A stretch of 61,147 nt of DNA, the filler included, from Perkinsus olseni (Eukaryota): assembly GCA_013115125.1 (NCBI GenBank). It is 13 parts of 13 records of this genome, joined end to end, with 100 filler letters (N's around TTAATTAATTAA, not from the genome) between each part and the next. Parts side by side here need not be neighbours in the genome. Positions count along the whole stretch, not along the records: positions 23,799 to 28,429 come from JABANN010001254.1; positions 28,530 to 33,141 come from JABANN010001255.1; positions 33,242 to 37,848 come from JABANN010001256.1; 10 more parts are not named here. The stretch is one strand, 5' to 3'. The notes below the pieces were generated by a model, which saw nothing but the letters and a program-made list of their open reading frames with translations, did no database searches and was not told where the DNA came from. Below, in pieces: positions 24,189 to 37,948 of the stretch (the stretch's first letter is position 1; every line of letters starts with the position of its first letter). Both the position numbers and the translations under genes were made by a program.

Positions 24189-25370
24189 ATGTGGAGGGCC
24201 TCCATCTCGATGATGCTCGCCGTTGCCCTCCATATCTTGTGCCAAGCCTCAGAAGTGATATCAGATGCCCCAGCCAAGACTGTGACAATGCCAGTCGAAG
24301 AAGGCTACATCAACGTCACCATCGACGGTCAAGAAGTTGAACTACTTGTAGACAGCAACGCCTGGGGCATCGAATTGATAGACGGCCGATGGTACGAGGC
24401 AAAGTACGGCAAGGGCGCTTGTGATGAGCCTCACGCCGGCTGCTACTTTTGCAAAGAAGAATCCCCTTGCATTTTCAAGAAAGAGTTGGTAAGAAAATCG
24501 AGCTTCGCCGATGGCACATGGATTAAAGGCATCGAACGCACTGGCTCCCTCGAATTGGGTGGTCACGAGACTACCAACTTCACCTTTACGGTATTCAGGA
24601 TCATCGAATGGGTTGGAAGCCGGCCACACGGGTTTTTCGGCCTGGCAGGGCTGTCTCGAACGTCGAACCTCTTTCAACCATGGCCTGGCCAGGAGGGTTT
24701 GCTAGATGCTCTTGTGCGCCACAACGTCATCGGGCGTCAGTCGTACACCGTCCGAACGGACACGACACAGGTTTCTGAATACGTTACCGGGCAACTGACG
24801 CTCGGTGGCACTGTGGAGAAGTCAAAGAATACCAAGTACACTTTCCCGCAGTTTACTTATGACCCACGATTTTACAGAGCCATAACTTCAGTCTGGGTGT
24901 CATCGCTGAAGTTGTTCGATCCGAGGATGAATCTTACGACTAAAGAGCGACCGGTGGGCTTGCACTCTAGCTCGTTCTTGGCTACTATGGACACGGGCGC
25001 GAACGGCGTGTACCTGCCTTACGAGGGGCTTCTCGAGGATATCGAGAGGGAGCTGAAGAAGGAGATGAAGGGGAAAGGATACAGAGAGAAGCAGATAGGG
25101 GAAGTCTGGCGGCGAGACGAGTGGGGGGTTGTGTATGTCAAAGAGGAAGCCTTCGACAGTCTGCCGGTGCTGGGATTCCAACTGGGCGAGGGCGACTATT
25201 CTATACCGATCAAAATACATCCGATGCATTACTGTGCCGACACTCTGCAGGGCGAATATTTGATTTTCGTGCAGCAAACTAACTACAGCGTTCTGGGTAC
25301 ACCATTCTTCAGGGCATACAGTGTACATGTTGATTTCACCAGCAAAGAGATAGCCCTGCTTGAGAATTAA
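24189..25370 (+). CDS. Secreted pepsin-like (A1) aspartyl protease homolog, 393 aa
   Basis: Signal peptide; INVTIDGQEVELLVDSNA (N-lobe motif), GFFGLA, MDTGANG (C-lobe motif), VLGTPFFRAYSVHVD. Intronless. Confidence 0.9.
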   Translation: MWRASISMMLAVALHILCQASEVISDAPAKTVTMPVEEGYINVTIDGQEVELLVDSNAWGIELIDGRWYEAKYGKGACDEPHAGCYFCKEESPCIFKKELVRKSSFADGTWIKGIERTGSLELGGHETTNFTFTVFRIIEWVGSRPHGFFGLAGLSRTSNLFQPWPGQEGLLDALVRHNVIGRQSYTVRTDTTQVSEYVTGQLTLGGTVEKSKNTKYTFPQFTYDPRFYRAITSVWVSSLKLFDPRMNLTTKERPVGLHSSSFLATMDTGANGVYLPYEGLLEDIERELKKEMKGKGYREKQIGEVWRRDEWGVVYVKEEAFDSLPVLGFQLGEGDYSIPIKIHPMHYCADTLQGEYLIFVQQTNYSVLGTPFFRAYSVHVDFTSKEIALLEN

Positions 25371-26505
25371 TCCCTCCGAGGGCTCACGATGGTGAAGATG
25401 GTGATGGTGTTCTGTTCATGTAATGAGGCAACGACCACCCTGTTGTGTTGAAGTCTGGGAAACTGATGGAACGACAGAGTTAGATTGTATCTGACACAGA
25501 CTTGCTTTCCGTACGCCATCGTCTCGGTTCAGTTAGTTTCCTAGTTTGCCAATCTATGTAAAAAGGCGTTCTCAGAAAATCCATCTGACCGTCCTTCTAA
25601 TATCAAGGCCCAGCTGGAGCGTCGCGTCCAAGTGCGCGAGTAGCGCTCGGCCAGAAGTCCTTCATTATCAACAGCGGGTCGGAGGCTAAGCCTCCGAAGC
25701 CTTCAGTGAACACCGGTTTCGAGGAAAGATTTTTCTGAAAAATCACTCACAAATTTTGTTGATAATTGCGTTATAGTATTATGTTCATCATAGCTTTATA
25801 GTCGGAGTACCTCCATTCATACTGAAACGTTTCGCTCATGGTGTGTTCCGTCCACGGACTATGTTCCGTCCGCCGATGGAAGTGCGATAGAGAACAGAAA
25901 GACGACATCGTAACGACTAACCCCGGTAGCCGTTGCGGCGTACTCGGACTGATCGGAGTAAGAATGACGTATGGAATACAGAGATGGTTGGTTGACGATA
26001 CTGATGAACTTGTCAAAATAGGTTTCACACATCCTACGTACGAGAAACGTACAAATGATGCACACAATTGTTGTCTACAAATACACAACTATGTTGCTCC
26101 TGGTCGCTCTCATAGTCAACCCAACACCTCTGGTGATGTAGCTTGTGGTAGTGATAATGACAAAGAGATCAACAAAAGGTATTGCACCAATCTATCTTGT
26201 ACTTGCGTGCTACAGCTAATGTAAAATGCTGAAGAATCACAAGGTAACAAGTTGGTACCATACTAAGTCCGCGTACAGCAACACTCCGGCCAGGGCCAGA
26301 AACAGTCACTGATCGCTAGCATAGACTATACGTCACTACTGGAGGCACTACCGAATATCAAAACTGAGAATGACGGATACGATTTAACAACTCATAATGA
26401 TGTGACGAATATCAATACTCTATCGAAGCTCAAGACTTGTCTGATCTCAACACCTTACCTCGAAGAAGCATAGACGCAGCCATAGCCAGTCCAACCCACT
26501 ACACC

Positions 26506-28429
26506 TCACTGCAAATCCGTGCTAGTAGCCGTGGCTAAGGGAATATCAACATCATCAGGAAGTAGTCGTAAATTCCCAACAAAATGTCTTCCCAGCTTCT
26601 TCTGGTCCTTGTCCTCGAGCTCGACCAAATACTTGGTAACAATTCCACATACCCGAAAGGCACCAGTCATCAGAGGATCCAACTTGCGCCTCTGGTGACG
26701 CACAAGCATCACGTGCTGTCCCACGCGTAGCTCAGGAACGCGTCGACCAGGCTGGCGCGCTAGTGACGCCTCACTCTTATTCCTGAGAACATAGTTGTGG
26801 ATAGTATAGATATCAAAGGTAGATGCATACACTCGCTCCATGTTCTTCACCATAGATTGGACAACATCACGTTGCAGAGACGCTGGGAATCCTTGTAGAA
26901 CACTAGACCACTGAGCAGCTTGTTCTGATAATCGACGCGGCTGCAAGGAGCTGGGAGCAGTAGCACCATGATGGAAGAAGAGATCAGCAGGGGCAACCGG
27001 GCAGTTCTCATCGATCGGAACATTGTTGTAAGCCCATACTGCACAAGGTAGTAGGCGATACCAATCACGGAGCTGCAACCCGGAACCATCGATAATAGCT
27101 CGCATGATACTGTTCAACAGTCGATGGGGTATTTCTTGCCAGGAGTTCAATGGAGACGCATGAGCAGGTAAGAACTTCCAATTCCACTGGAAGAGCTTCT
27201 GGGCAGCTACTCCAACCTTTGATAGGAATCTTCCATCTCTATCACTTACTATCAGGGATGGGAATCCCACGGAGAAGAAACAGTCTACCATCGTCTCCAA
27301 TGTAGAATCAGTATCACTGCTGAACAGTGGTTTGGCGACGACAAATTTCGATGCTGAATCGACCAATACTAGGGCGTACTCAACCTTGTGCTCTGGATCA
27401 TCAGCTAGAGATGGAGAGACGAAGGGACCTATAAGGTCAGCTCCCACCATTTCCATGCATATAGGGCTCTTGGCGGGAACTGTCCCCAATCCTCCGGCGC
27501 GCAATAAACACGAGCCCTTAAACTTGACGCAGGTAGCACAGTTCTTGGCATAACGTCGAGCATCACCAGATAACCCGGGCCAGTAGAAGTCTCTGCTAAG
27601 CAAACCTGGTAACTTCGATGTACCAACATGACCATAGACAGTATGGATGCGATCAACCAGACTTCTTCTGCAGCTCTGAGGGACATAGACTTGGACATGG
27701 TCGGCGATGATCGGATGCTTCTTCACCAGTACGTCACCGTTCTGGTCGTGGATGACGTGGTACATATCCTTGTAACGATTATCATTGTGATCGATGGCCA
27801 GCTTGATGTGTGCAACCTCGTCGTCCCTGTCTTGAGCTCGACGGATTCTCTCCAAGACATCGGCGATCTCAGTAGCAGAGCACTGGTTCTTGAGATGGGA
27901 CAAGAGAGGAGATGCATTACCAGTAGCCGTTAAGGCCACTGGAATCTGTAGGGGATCAACCTTACCCTCGTTCATTGCCGTAATAGTCGTTCTTAGGCAC
28001 TGATAGTCGACGCCATCACTTGAGCCTCTTGATAAGCAGTCAGCGGGGTTCAACGGTCCTGGAATGAATCGTAGGATCAGATGTAAGTCATTGGCCAACT
28101 CGATGATAGAGGCGATACATGTCCTTTCCCATGCTGGTAGATCTGGTGACGGAGCGCCATCTCGCAGAGCCTTCCTGACACGTTGGAAGTTGGCAGAATT
28201 GTCGGTGTAGACATACAACTCTCGAGATGCTTCCTGCTTGGGGAGATTTGGAAGTACTTGTTGCTTGACGAAGCTAAGACCATATCTTAAGGATAGCAGT
28301 TCCTTGTGAGATTCGCACGCCTCTCTCTCAGTATCTTTATATATCGCCCGCCTAAGTGTGTAACCGTGAAACCGCCAGATTCCCCATTGCCCCACGGTTA
28401 CGGATACTAATCCTTTTGCACTTAGTTGT
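26506..28429 (-). mobile_element. LTR-retrotransposon pol 3' half: RNase H plus integrase
   Basis: RNase H (KELLSL, VYTDNSA, NPADCLSRG); HHCC zinc finger (H…GHVG…YWPG…CATC); core ADLIGP, VSDRDGRF, QEIPHR; SH3-like tail. Open for 629 aa. Confidence 0.92.
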
Positions 28430-28799
28430 NNNNNNNNNNNNNNNNNNNNNNNNNNNNNNNNNNNNNNNNNNNNTTAATTAATTAANNNNNNNNNNNNNNN
28501 NNNNNNNNNNNNNNNNNNNNNNNNNNNNNGATGGGCACTTGTCAATGTTGCCCGTGTATTGTCAAACTTGGCTGTGATACTATCATTTTCCCTCGTCAAA
28601 CTTGGGCTTCACGTTGACATTCTTGGTGTAAACATATTCGACATGTGTCAGACTCGCATGTTAATTGCAAACTTATACGAGAAATGGCGTAGTACGCCCC
28701 AGTCGCCCTCCCCACACTCAAAGGTTTCAGCTGACCAGAGAAGTCGCTGCCAGAGTCGACGGTTGGGTGAGAGTGATTCTCGTGCTACCTCGAGCTTGA

Positions 28800-29700
28800 G
28801 CGGTTTACCTAACGTCCACACCTCGTGTTTTGGTTGATTTTTTGGGGTTTTGGTTTACCCGCCTTTTGGTTGACTATCGCTTCGTCCGAGGACAGAGAAC
28901 CCCGAAGACCGAGTCGATGATTAGTAGAGTCACGGGACCCTCTCGTTGGCCCAAAAAACGGAACAGTGAAGCGAAGCGAAGCGAGTGATCAGGCATGCAG
29001 CTTGACAATCCCTTTCTCGACTAGATGCATCACTTTCTGTGCCAACTGGGGTGGTAGTTGACGCGGATCGAGTTGAGCCTGCGGGTTCGACTGGAGGTAT
29101 CTGGGAGTACCAGTGACCACCATGAGGGTTGAGGATCCGATAGACGCGTCCGAGCTTACTGCAACAGGCTCTTCAATTGCGGATCGCTGCGAAGATTCTG
29201 AGACATCACACGACATCCTCACGATCACCTCGATCGTATTCTTTGGGTAGAAGCTGCGGTTCCCCGGTCCAGCTACCTCACGAATCACGAGGTAGCTGGG
29301 TCGAGGAAACTCAGTGTACGTGTGCCACGCTCAGTGTGGACTTATTATAGCAGCGCTGCTGCACTCGTCAGCAAACGAATAGTGATTCAACGGCAGTAGT
29401 TCGATCATGGGTGAAGTTGAATGCGCCCGTGAGTTTAAGACTTTCTCCCTACTGGGACTAACCCTAACGGTAAAGGTACGGCGTTGCGCCGCATGTCTAC
29501 CGTTAGAGTTGCTGCGAAGTCATTGTCACCGTGGCACGTGGCCCACCTCAGAGTCCTCGGATATCTCATTTCCATCAACCCTGACAGCGTTCCCCGGGGG
29601 CGATAAGCTTGGAACCGTTGTGCACTCAGAGGCGAGCTTCTCGAAGTGACGCGACATCAAAGCGCTAAAAGCTCGGAGCCACTCCGCCAGATCCTGCAGA
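28800..29700 (-). pseudogene. Possible degenerate retroelement protease-RT linker fragment
   Basis: QLAQKVMHLVEKGIVK resembles the helix preceding RT. Otherwise broken frames. Confidence 0.25.
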
Positions 29701-30879
29701 TAACGCGTCGTCCATAAGATGAACCGGGTTAATTAAACCTAGTGCGACAGTGCGACATGGCTCACGGGCCGTGAGTCACGGCTACGGTCGACAAAAATCG
29801 AAACTAGCTTCCCCGTAGTTCTCATCAACCACGGCTTAAAGAACGCGTTTCAACGGCTACTACACCAAAACGGGGTGACCATCTCGCGAGGGCTACCATG
29901 GCATACAGGACAACGAACTGTGATAACCCCCGTTTTGAATGGGTAGTTCGATCACCAAAGTGCAACACTGGCAAGATATGCTTCTCCAAGCTTGGGAGAG
30001 GCCAAGGGATAAACATCACAGGTGGAAAATACAACCAACCGTGAAATTTACCGTCCGTCCCAAAGAGGAGCGGAAGCACGGTAACGGGGCGTCATTTGGG
30101 TTGACTCAATTCTGAGAAATGCTTGCGGTTTCGGAAACCGTACCGTAGCAAGTTACAGTACCGTACAGCCTAAAGTTTGCATAACACGCCTGTAACGACT
30201 GCTCATCTTCTTACTGTATCNNNNNNNNNNNNNNNNNNNNNNNNNNNNNNNNNNNNNNNNNNNNNNNNNNNNNNNNNNNNNNNNNNNNNNNNNNNNNNNN
30301 NNNNNNNNNNNNNNNNNNCTCCGGCGATCTCACGTTTAGCCTTCTCTGGATCCTCCTGCATTGTCCTCAGGACTCTCTGATATCGCGGGTCAGCGAATCC
30401 CTAAACTGGTGTGCTACCGACTAACTTGAAAGCGAAAACGACACAGTCATTTTCGGTACGGTTATTCGGTGATACTATCCGCGAAACCGCTGCTCGATTT
30501 GAACCTGTTCGCTGCTTGAATCTTGCTAGCCTTTATTCTAGCACGGTTCGTCATTAAACTCTACCTCACGGGGCAGATACGCAAGAATATCAACTCTCCA
30601 AGATGTCATTTTCGTATCAAACTGCCACGTACAGCACATGAGTTGACATCTAACGACTTACGCGCCACGTGCGCTACGCGTTACCGAGAGAAACGAAGGA
30701 GGGGATGGAGTTTTTGATACATATCTCTCCAGCTTGAACAGTGTTTTCTCAATAATCGTAAAAAGGTTGGCTAGGTACAATCCAGAAGTCTCCTAGCGCT
30801 ACTAGCATTCGAATGACGCGGTTTCGATGAGTTTATGACTCCTACAGTATCAATAACACTGATGCCAAACTCTAGTGGC

Positions 30880-31300
30880 AACAGTGGTGCAACTGCAGCA
30901 CAGCTGTCATGTGTCACCACCTTGGCGAGTGAAGGATCGGCCATCACAGCCTTCAAAAGCTCAGGGGACAGCCAGGCGTCAGAGCCGGTCGTCAGTCGTT
31001 TCGCGGCATCAGCGATCGACGCCTGAACCTGAACGAAGAGCAGATGCAATTCCATCACCATTCCTGTACACATTTCCTTGTCCCAATCTCAAGCTGAGCT
31101 TTGGCGCTTCTGTTTCTACACTCCTGCTACTTCTTCAAAGTAAGTAACGTTTCTCAATTCCCGCACCTAGCTCGGAATTCCTACTACGAATATCATTGCC
31201 TTGAGTTGACAGTTCACAATCTCCATCCGCCGACTCCCCGGAACGCCATCCTGGTAACGGCAGTGTTTTCCTCGAGCGCGTTAAAAACCCCATGAACTCA
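30880..31300 (-). CDS. Intron-containing gene fragment with an STI1-like motif
   Basis: Exon AWLSPELLKAVMADPSLAK bounded by AG/GT. Resemblance only. Confidence 0.3.
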
Positions 31301-33748
31301 CCGTCGAAGAGAGCCACTAATTCGACGTGCTTCATGCTCGTCAGAGAGCTGTAACCAACTTGCATGGGTGGGTTATCAACTCAGTGAGCTCACCTCTGGT
31401 AACTTCAAGGCCTCCTCAGGTTGCGAGGTGATATCGTTTAGTCGGCGAGAGCCAATATGGGTGAGATCGACGACGTCATCTGTCGGTGGCTTCTCCCTCT
31501 GCTTCCTCTTCGTTTTCGTCTTACTCAAGAGGAACCCCTAAGCAAAGGTATTTCAAAACTTCGTGATCGGCTTCGAGACTATGCATTCTTCAACGCGGAA
31601 TCTTCTGAAAACAAATTTTCGAGGAAGGGCACCCAATATCACCAGGAATCCAGTCTTAAAAATGGTGCTTTGCAGGAGCGGTCTGAGACTAATGCGAGCC
31701 GAGAATTTGCCGCATCTCGGACACCTTGCATAGGATCTTGATGATTGAGGTCAGGGCTTAGACATAACCCTGGATTCAAACCGCGTGAATGATTGCGATT
31801 GAGCTCGCAGTCAGATGATATGGCAGTGATAACCACCGAGAAGGGGCGTCTCTCCTCTGAGCACCCCTCGGCTGATCTACCTGTTTCTGCAAAGAACAAG
31901 AAAAATTTTAATCCTTACTTTTTTCAGACCGTGCTGATGTCCGGTCTTATCACTTCGACGAGTAGCCATAGCGGGCCGCGGCATCTTTTCCTTCTCGACC
32001 CGATGCTCGTTTGCTGGCGGGTCTCTTGGCTGGAATGCTTCGATTCTGACAGACAAATCGAGTCGCTCCGCTCATCGCTTCTCCGAAAACTCGTGCGCCT
32101 TTTTCTCCGGTTTTTCTTTTTTTGATCCGGTTCCTAACGAAGATTCCGCCACAGAATTTTGCAGCAGTACGATCACCAATGATGATTATGCATGTCCAGT
32201 TACAATTTATTTTGTGGCGCGTGGACGAAAGACATGAAAAGCTCAGTTACCCCTCGAGTCCAAGGGCTTATCAAACACCCTTCCTTTGACTGCGGCAACA
32301 GCATGCTCATTGACAGAGACGTAACAAATGCTCCCATATCACCACTCGTGATTGACGAGTACTGCACGAGCAGTGCTGCAGTTCTATTGAGACTGATACT
32401 GATACGCGTTCGACCTCGTACACCTCAGCAACCGTTCCTTGTGCTACATGGCGACGTCCACTGCTATCAAGCCGGGCCCCAATAAATAAAAGCAGCACGC
32501 TCATCGGTGAAAGTATCGTCTGGTTTTGGGGGTAGATGATCATTCCTGCTTCTCTCTACTTAATCCACGATCAAAAAATTTGCCATCGCGAAAGTTCGGA
32601 CTCATTTCGCTACAAACTTCACAAAACGTATTGGCACCGGAAAATTTCCCACGCAATTTCGCAGTCCTCTAACGTCTGTCACCCTTTTCAAGTATAACTG
32701 TCCCCAAGCGCCTCGACGTTCTAACGCTTCGAAATATTCCAAAAAGGTGCTCTGATATCAAGCTCACCGTCGCTTGAGCGAAGCAACTTGCTCAGAGCAG
32801 TCTTCCAATGGAGGTGGCAAATCGTCCATGACCGAAAAGCTAGAGGTGTCAGAAAACCACTCCTTTCAATTGACCGATCAAGACCAATCTTCTCTGAGAT
32901 GAAACCCTTTGAAAGCCACTTTGATCATACTACGGCCATTTAAACTGACATCATAAATATCCCCGGAGCGACGACGGTAACTGCCGCTCTTGCCACGGCA
33001 AGGACGCGGCATAAGCACGTAACAGAAAAAAAGAAAGCGATACATACTGTATCGTTTTCTGGTTTAACTCTATCATAAAGTTGAAATCGCTCCCTCCTCA
33101 AGTCCACATTATTGTGGCTCCACGCTGGGCTGCGTCCATTCNNNNNNNNNNNNNNNNNNNNNNNNNNNNNNNNNNNNNNNNNNNNTTAATTAATTAANNN
33201 NNNNNNNNNNNNNNNNNNNNNNNNNNNNNNNNNNNNNNNNNCACCTCCCAATCATGGATATTAGCAGACGGGAGGCGTCCCGGGAAGTTCTCGAGGCTGC
33301 TCACGATTGCTTCGACGAGTAGAAGAAGAGCTAGAAGGGCGACGGACCAACTGACGAGCATCTTTGAGGATTTGTGGAAACCTTTAAAAGGGGTAACTGA
33401 GGATATCCTCGCTGGCTAGGGATAATAAAACTCATAGCTGAGTACAGCGCTAAGCGATAATGTGAACTATGGCGTGCAAGTGCAAGCCGCAAAACGACAG
33501 GAAGTACTGATGATCAGCAAGGAGTGAAGATTGTTATCACTACAATTCAATGTAGGTGCCTCTGCCAGGCAGAGTCTGCCTCTCTCAAACACTATCGGAC
33601 AGGATGCAGCTGGTAGTCTAAACTAGAGGCATTACCTAAACCGGTAGAATGATCTGAGTTCATTGATACCACCCTGATCCAATCTAACAGAAGCTCGTCG
33701 TGGGTGTTGAGTCAACACCCAGTGGCCAACGCTGTTGACTAGACTGCT

Positions 33749-34047
33749 TGTCGTGTATTTTTATGAGGCGTCATGAGAAGGATACGATGGTCCATCGTCG
33801 ATGGATGATCACGCCGAACAGGTCTTTGAACCATGAAAGCAGAGGAAGGCGAGGACAAGGGAGAGCAGTGGGTAGATATCGTCGGCATCTCCGACGTTCC
33901 CGAGATCCCCGATTGACGAACGTGACATGGGTGAGATGAATGCCAGAAGCAATGAACAAGACTAATGGGCTAGCCTCGAGGGTGACGTGACGTGGCTCAC
34001 GTCACGAATAGACAGAACGAAGCGCTCGCCAACTCGCGCAAGCGACA
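33749..34047 (-). mobile_element. 3' LTR (299 bp)
   Basis: TGTCG…CGACA inverted termini, directly after the polypurine tract GGGGGAGGGGGAG (minus strand, ~34048-34060). Confidence 0.75.
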
Positions 34048-34069
34048 CTCCCCCTCCCCCGGAAAAGGC

Positions 34070-34674
34070 AGATGTTAGGCAGAAGCTGCTGGAAGCGAAG
34101 CAGAGGGCAGCTTGCGAGCAGCTGCAGGCGAAATGAACTTCAAGTGATGAAGATGGACTCGCTTGGTCGAACGCAGGTTGGCTATAGCGACCTTATAGAC
34201 TCGAGGAGAAACGACTTGAACAATCCGTCACGGAAGGAAGGGACGGTAGTACTTTTTCTGCTTTCCAAACCGACGAACTAACCAAATCTCGCCAACGGCA
34301 GGAAGGCGGCCGGAACGGAGTCGGGGTAGAGGCGGGGCAGAATCAGGGTAGTCTGCATCCGTGATGGTATCGACCGACTCCTCAGGAGGGCGGAAGACAG
34401 GGTCAACTTCTGGATAGGGCCACGGAGGGAAGGAGAAGACCAAAGAATGCGGAGTACGACCAGTACGGCGCGTCACAGCCGTGTTGAACATAGAAGTCGC
34501 CTTGGCAATGGTGGTTTTGAAAAGCGCAAAGGAGAGGTCAGTAGCACAGGCTGAGCGTACACGCTCGTTAAGCACACGATGCACTCGCTCGCCATTCACC
34601 CAAGAGCTCGCGACAGGGGACGGAACGGAAGAAGCGTGCATCCAGTTCGTAGCCGGAACACGAGTCGCATCCAT
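34070..34674 (-). mobile_element. Internally deleted integrase C-terminal remnant
   Basis: NGERVHRVLNERVR…FNTAVTRRTGRTPHSLVF…VGEIWLVR, upstream of the PPT and LTR. Confidence 0.7.
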
Positions 34675-36288
34675 CTCAGCACGGAGTACTCGAGAAGAAG
34701 CATCCAGAGTAGCTAGGGCCTGACTCGTTCCTTTTAGAGAAGCGACTTGTGATCCTAGTTCACGAGTACGACTAACGATGAGTCATCGTCGATGACCATG
34801 CCGGGTCGACTAGGCGGGAGAGCGAGGCCACGCCAATATCATGTCTTACATGGGAGCTTTATGACCTTGCATGCTAAGGGGAGCCTCCCCTGGGGAGGTC
34901 CCTTTCCCGGAAGGTCTATATCGGGATGCTGAGAATGACACCATGGAAGGTGGTGACCGGACCGATTAGTGAGGCAGATAAGAGGGGCTTGTAGAGGACG
35001 TAACGCGAGAGGAGAGTCGTCGCCGGCTTAGCTCGGCCCGAGCCGGCCAGGCGAGGTTTGCCTGCCAATTCCGCTACGCGAAGGGAGAGTGTCTAGGGCT
35101 TATGCCATTATGAACTTGCTGGAGAGGTCTTGGAGGCTCACCATTGTCGACTTGTTATGAAGATGACCAGTATAACACCACGATAGAACACGGAGCAACT
35201 GTAGGGGACTACTGGTGATTGAAGGTTAGCCGTAGCGGCGTTCGCCTCCTTCCTTGCAAAGCGTGACAGTCGTACTGAACAAGAACATCCCCAACACGCA
35301 AAAACACCCCAACCCAGAATAATTCCGAGTATATCGTTCTAGCGTGAAGGCGCTCGCAAACACGCATGTGCAGCCTCCCCCAGTGTCACCGTCGGCGACA
35401 TGTACGGAGGGCAGAACGAAACGGGATATACTAGTGGCCTGAGGGTCTGAGACGGCGGTAGTAACAGAAAACCAATGCGTCGCGATAACCGGAGGCGCCG
35501 GAGAACAGGCTGAGGGAAATCCCGGTGAGATTCATCGACGGTGAAACTGGGACGGGAGGGGACAATATTTGTGTGCTAGCGGCATTGGCTAGAGCACTTG
35601 CCAGGATGAATGCATTTCCCGTAATGGTGATCATCGTCGAGTTATAACAATCTAGCATGGCAACTTTGCGAACCAAGCAGGCCAATGCGAGGCCATCGGA
35701 GGGTCCTGCATTGGCTTACACCAGTCATTGCCCGAATATTGTAGGCAATGTTCCGCGAAGCCTTTCTTCATTTGCAGAGGGTGATGTAGGGTCTCAAGCG
35801 ACAGAGGTCGGAGATCGCCGCAAAGAAGCAGCGGTAGTGCTGCAGCACGAAACCGGAATGCCGATTGGCGGCTAAATACCAGTGTGTAGAAACTCTATTC
35901 TACCTCATGCTAGCTACTAGCTGTGCCGGTCCCAAACTTCGAGACACTCTGTCCCTGTTCGGTCGGGCGGGCGTCGAAATTGTGAGAAGGAGTCCTTCTG
36001 AAGGACGCCTCCTTAAAGGGGCTCTCAACAGTTGAACAGTTACTGCAACGAAGGCAAACCTTTACCTCGTCGATGAAAAGAACCCGAACGATCAGAAACT
36101 TCGCGACCCTATCAGCGGGAATTATTTTCTTCCTAGGAGCAACTGGGTTGTAGTACAACCGTTGTACCGTTCAAACACCGGGTGACGGAGAACTTAAGCC
36201 CTCATCTCATCTGCGGTATTTCACTGAACGTCGTTAAGTTGGGGAGAAGCACGATAATCGAATATTAGAGAGGTCTGCTTTGGCCTTG

Positions 36289-36825
36289 GCGAAAATGAAG
36301 AGCGGATGTTCCTGCATTTGTCGAGGCTAACTCCACTCTCAGTCCTCTGCGGTCGGCGACCGCCGGTCGCCGCCGTTAGGACCCACAATCCCGACTTCTC
36401 AGACCTTTCGCGTCTGCCTCGAAGGTGCTCTAGCTTAACTAATCCAAGCTAGACTAGCTAGTCTCGATGCTCTTTTCTGTCATATTGAGCCCAGGCTGGG
36501 CTGCCCAGCTTCCCGGATAGTTTATGGATCGCCACGACCAACTTCCACTCTCCCTCACCTTGCTGTTAGACATCGCAGGCATCTGTGCTCAACGTGAACC
36601 CACCGGACAGGTGGCACCTGCTACGGTGAGTTACCGTCGGACCGACGGTAACTGGCTTGACCTTCGCGAAAATGAAGAGCGGATACTCCTTCATTTGTCG
36701 AGGCTAACTCCACTCCCAGCCCTCTGCCGTCTCCGCCGTTGGGAACCACAATCCCGGCCTCTAAGACCTTTTGCGTCCGCCTCCTGGATAGTTCGTGGAT
36801 CACCACGACCAACCACCACTCGCGG
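36289..36825. repeat. Local diverged duplication (36289-36420 vs 36667-36783; 36525-36550 vs ~36797-36822)
   Basis: cgaaaatgaagagcggat…catttgtcgaggctaactccactc…ccacaatccc…agacctt…gcgtc.gcctc is present twice. Confidence 0.9.
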
Positions 36826-37948
36826 GCCTGCACTTAACATAAAGCTGCATGTTAACGCATCGTTTTGTTGCGCGGCGCAACTTGCGCCCCATACCGTAAT
36901 CTCGCCAACTCAACCGAGTGACCGCCCTGTGGTCTGTTTCCTCCTTTAGTGCTCACTTCAGGCCTACCCATGCCGAGAACGTTGCCCTCGAGACTGTTCT
37001 AAGAACAGTGTTCACTCAATTTCCCTCACCACGAGCGGTATGCAGCCATGCATGAGCTTTCAGTGGCCTCGCCGATCCGCCCTATGAGAAATCGTCGATC
37101 GCTGGAGCATTAGGATCTGCCTTAGGATCTTGTTAGGATCTGAGCTTGAGTCGAATCGGAGCTGTCAAGGGATCAGCCGCCTCTTGCGAGCTTTTCTCGA
37201 GCCAGCAGCTCTCTCAGGTACTTCCTGGGGCATCGCTGAATGGCTCATGGTGGCTCACGGAAACAAAATCAGTTCACCGCGAAGATATGACTCGCAAGGC
37301 AGTAAGTCGCGAGGAGGTGCGTCAGCGTCCAAAGGGGCTGAGCAGGAACTGGACACGGCTGGGCAGAAAGGAACGGAACGGGTATTTACCTGTGGGAATA
37401 CCCATCTCGCATCGGCTCGACGGGAAATTACCGTCGACATGGTTTGGCGAGGGCAACGTCTGTTCGACTGACCTTGCCCTAGCAAGGTTGGACTGTCGAC
37501 TGTCGACTGTCGACGTGTGCAACGACGTATCACTAAACTCGAGATAGTTAGATTCTCACTGTTCGGCCAGACCTCGTTACAAGAACGCAACTCCTAGAAG
37601 ACGCCATTAGTCAAAGACGCTAAGATCAAAGACCAACTACCACTAAATCAGGATGACGACTGGATGGACTACTTCTACTAAAAATCTGGTGACGAATATG
37701 AAACTGGCCATAGCTCGGCCCGAGCAGAAAGCTAGCTAGGTTATTGTACGCTAGCGTAGTTGGCACAACAAGATGAACAGGTAGACAGGTGATGCGCAGC
37801 CCTTCATGGGTCAGCCACCAAACCATGGCCACATCCAGAATGAGGATTNNNNNNNNNNNNNNNNNNNNNNNNNNNNNNNNNNNNNNNNNNNNTTAATTAA
37901 TTAANNNNNNNNNNNNNNNNNNNNNNNNNNNNNNNNNNNNNNNNNNNN

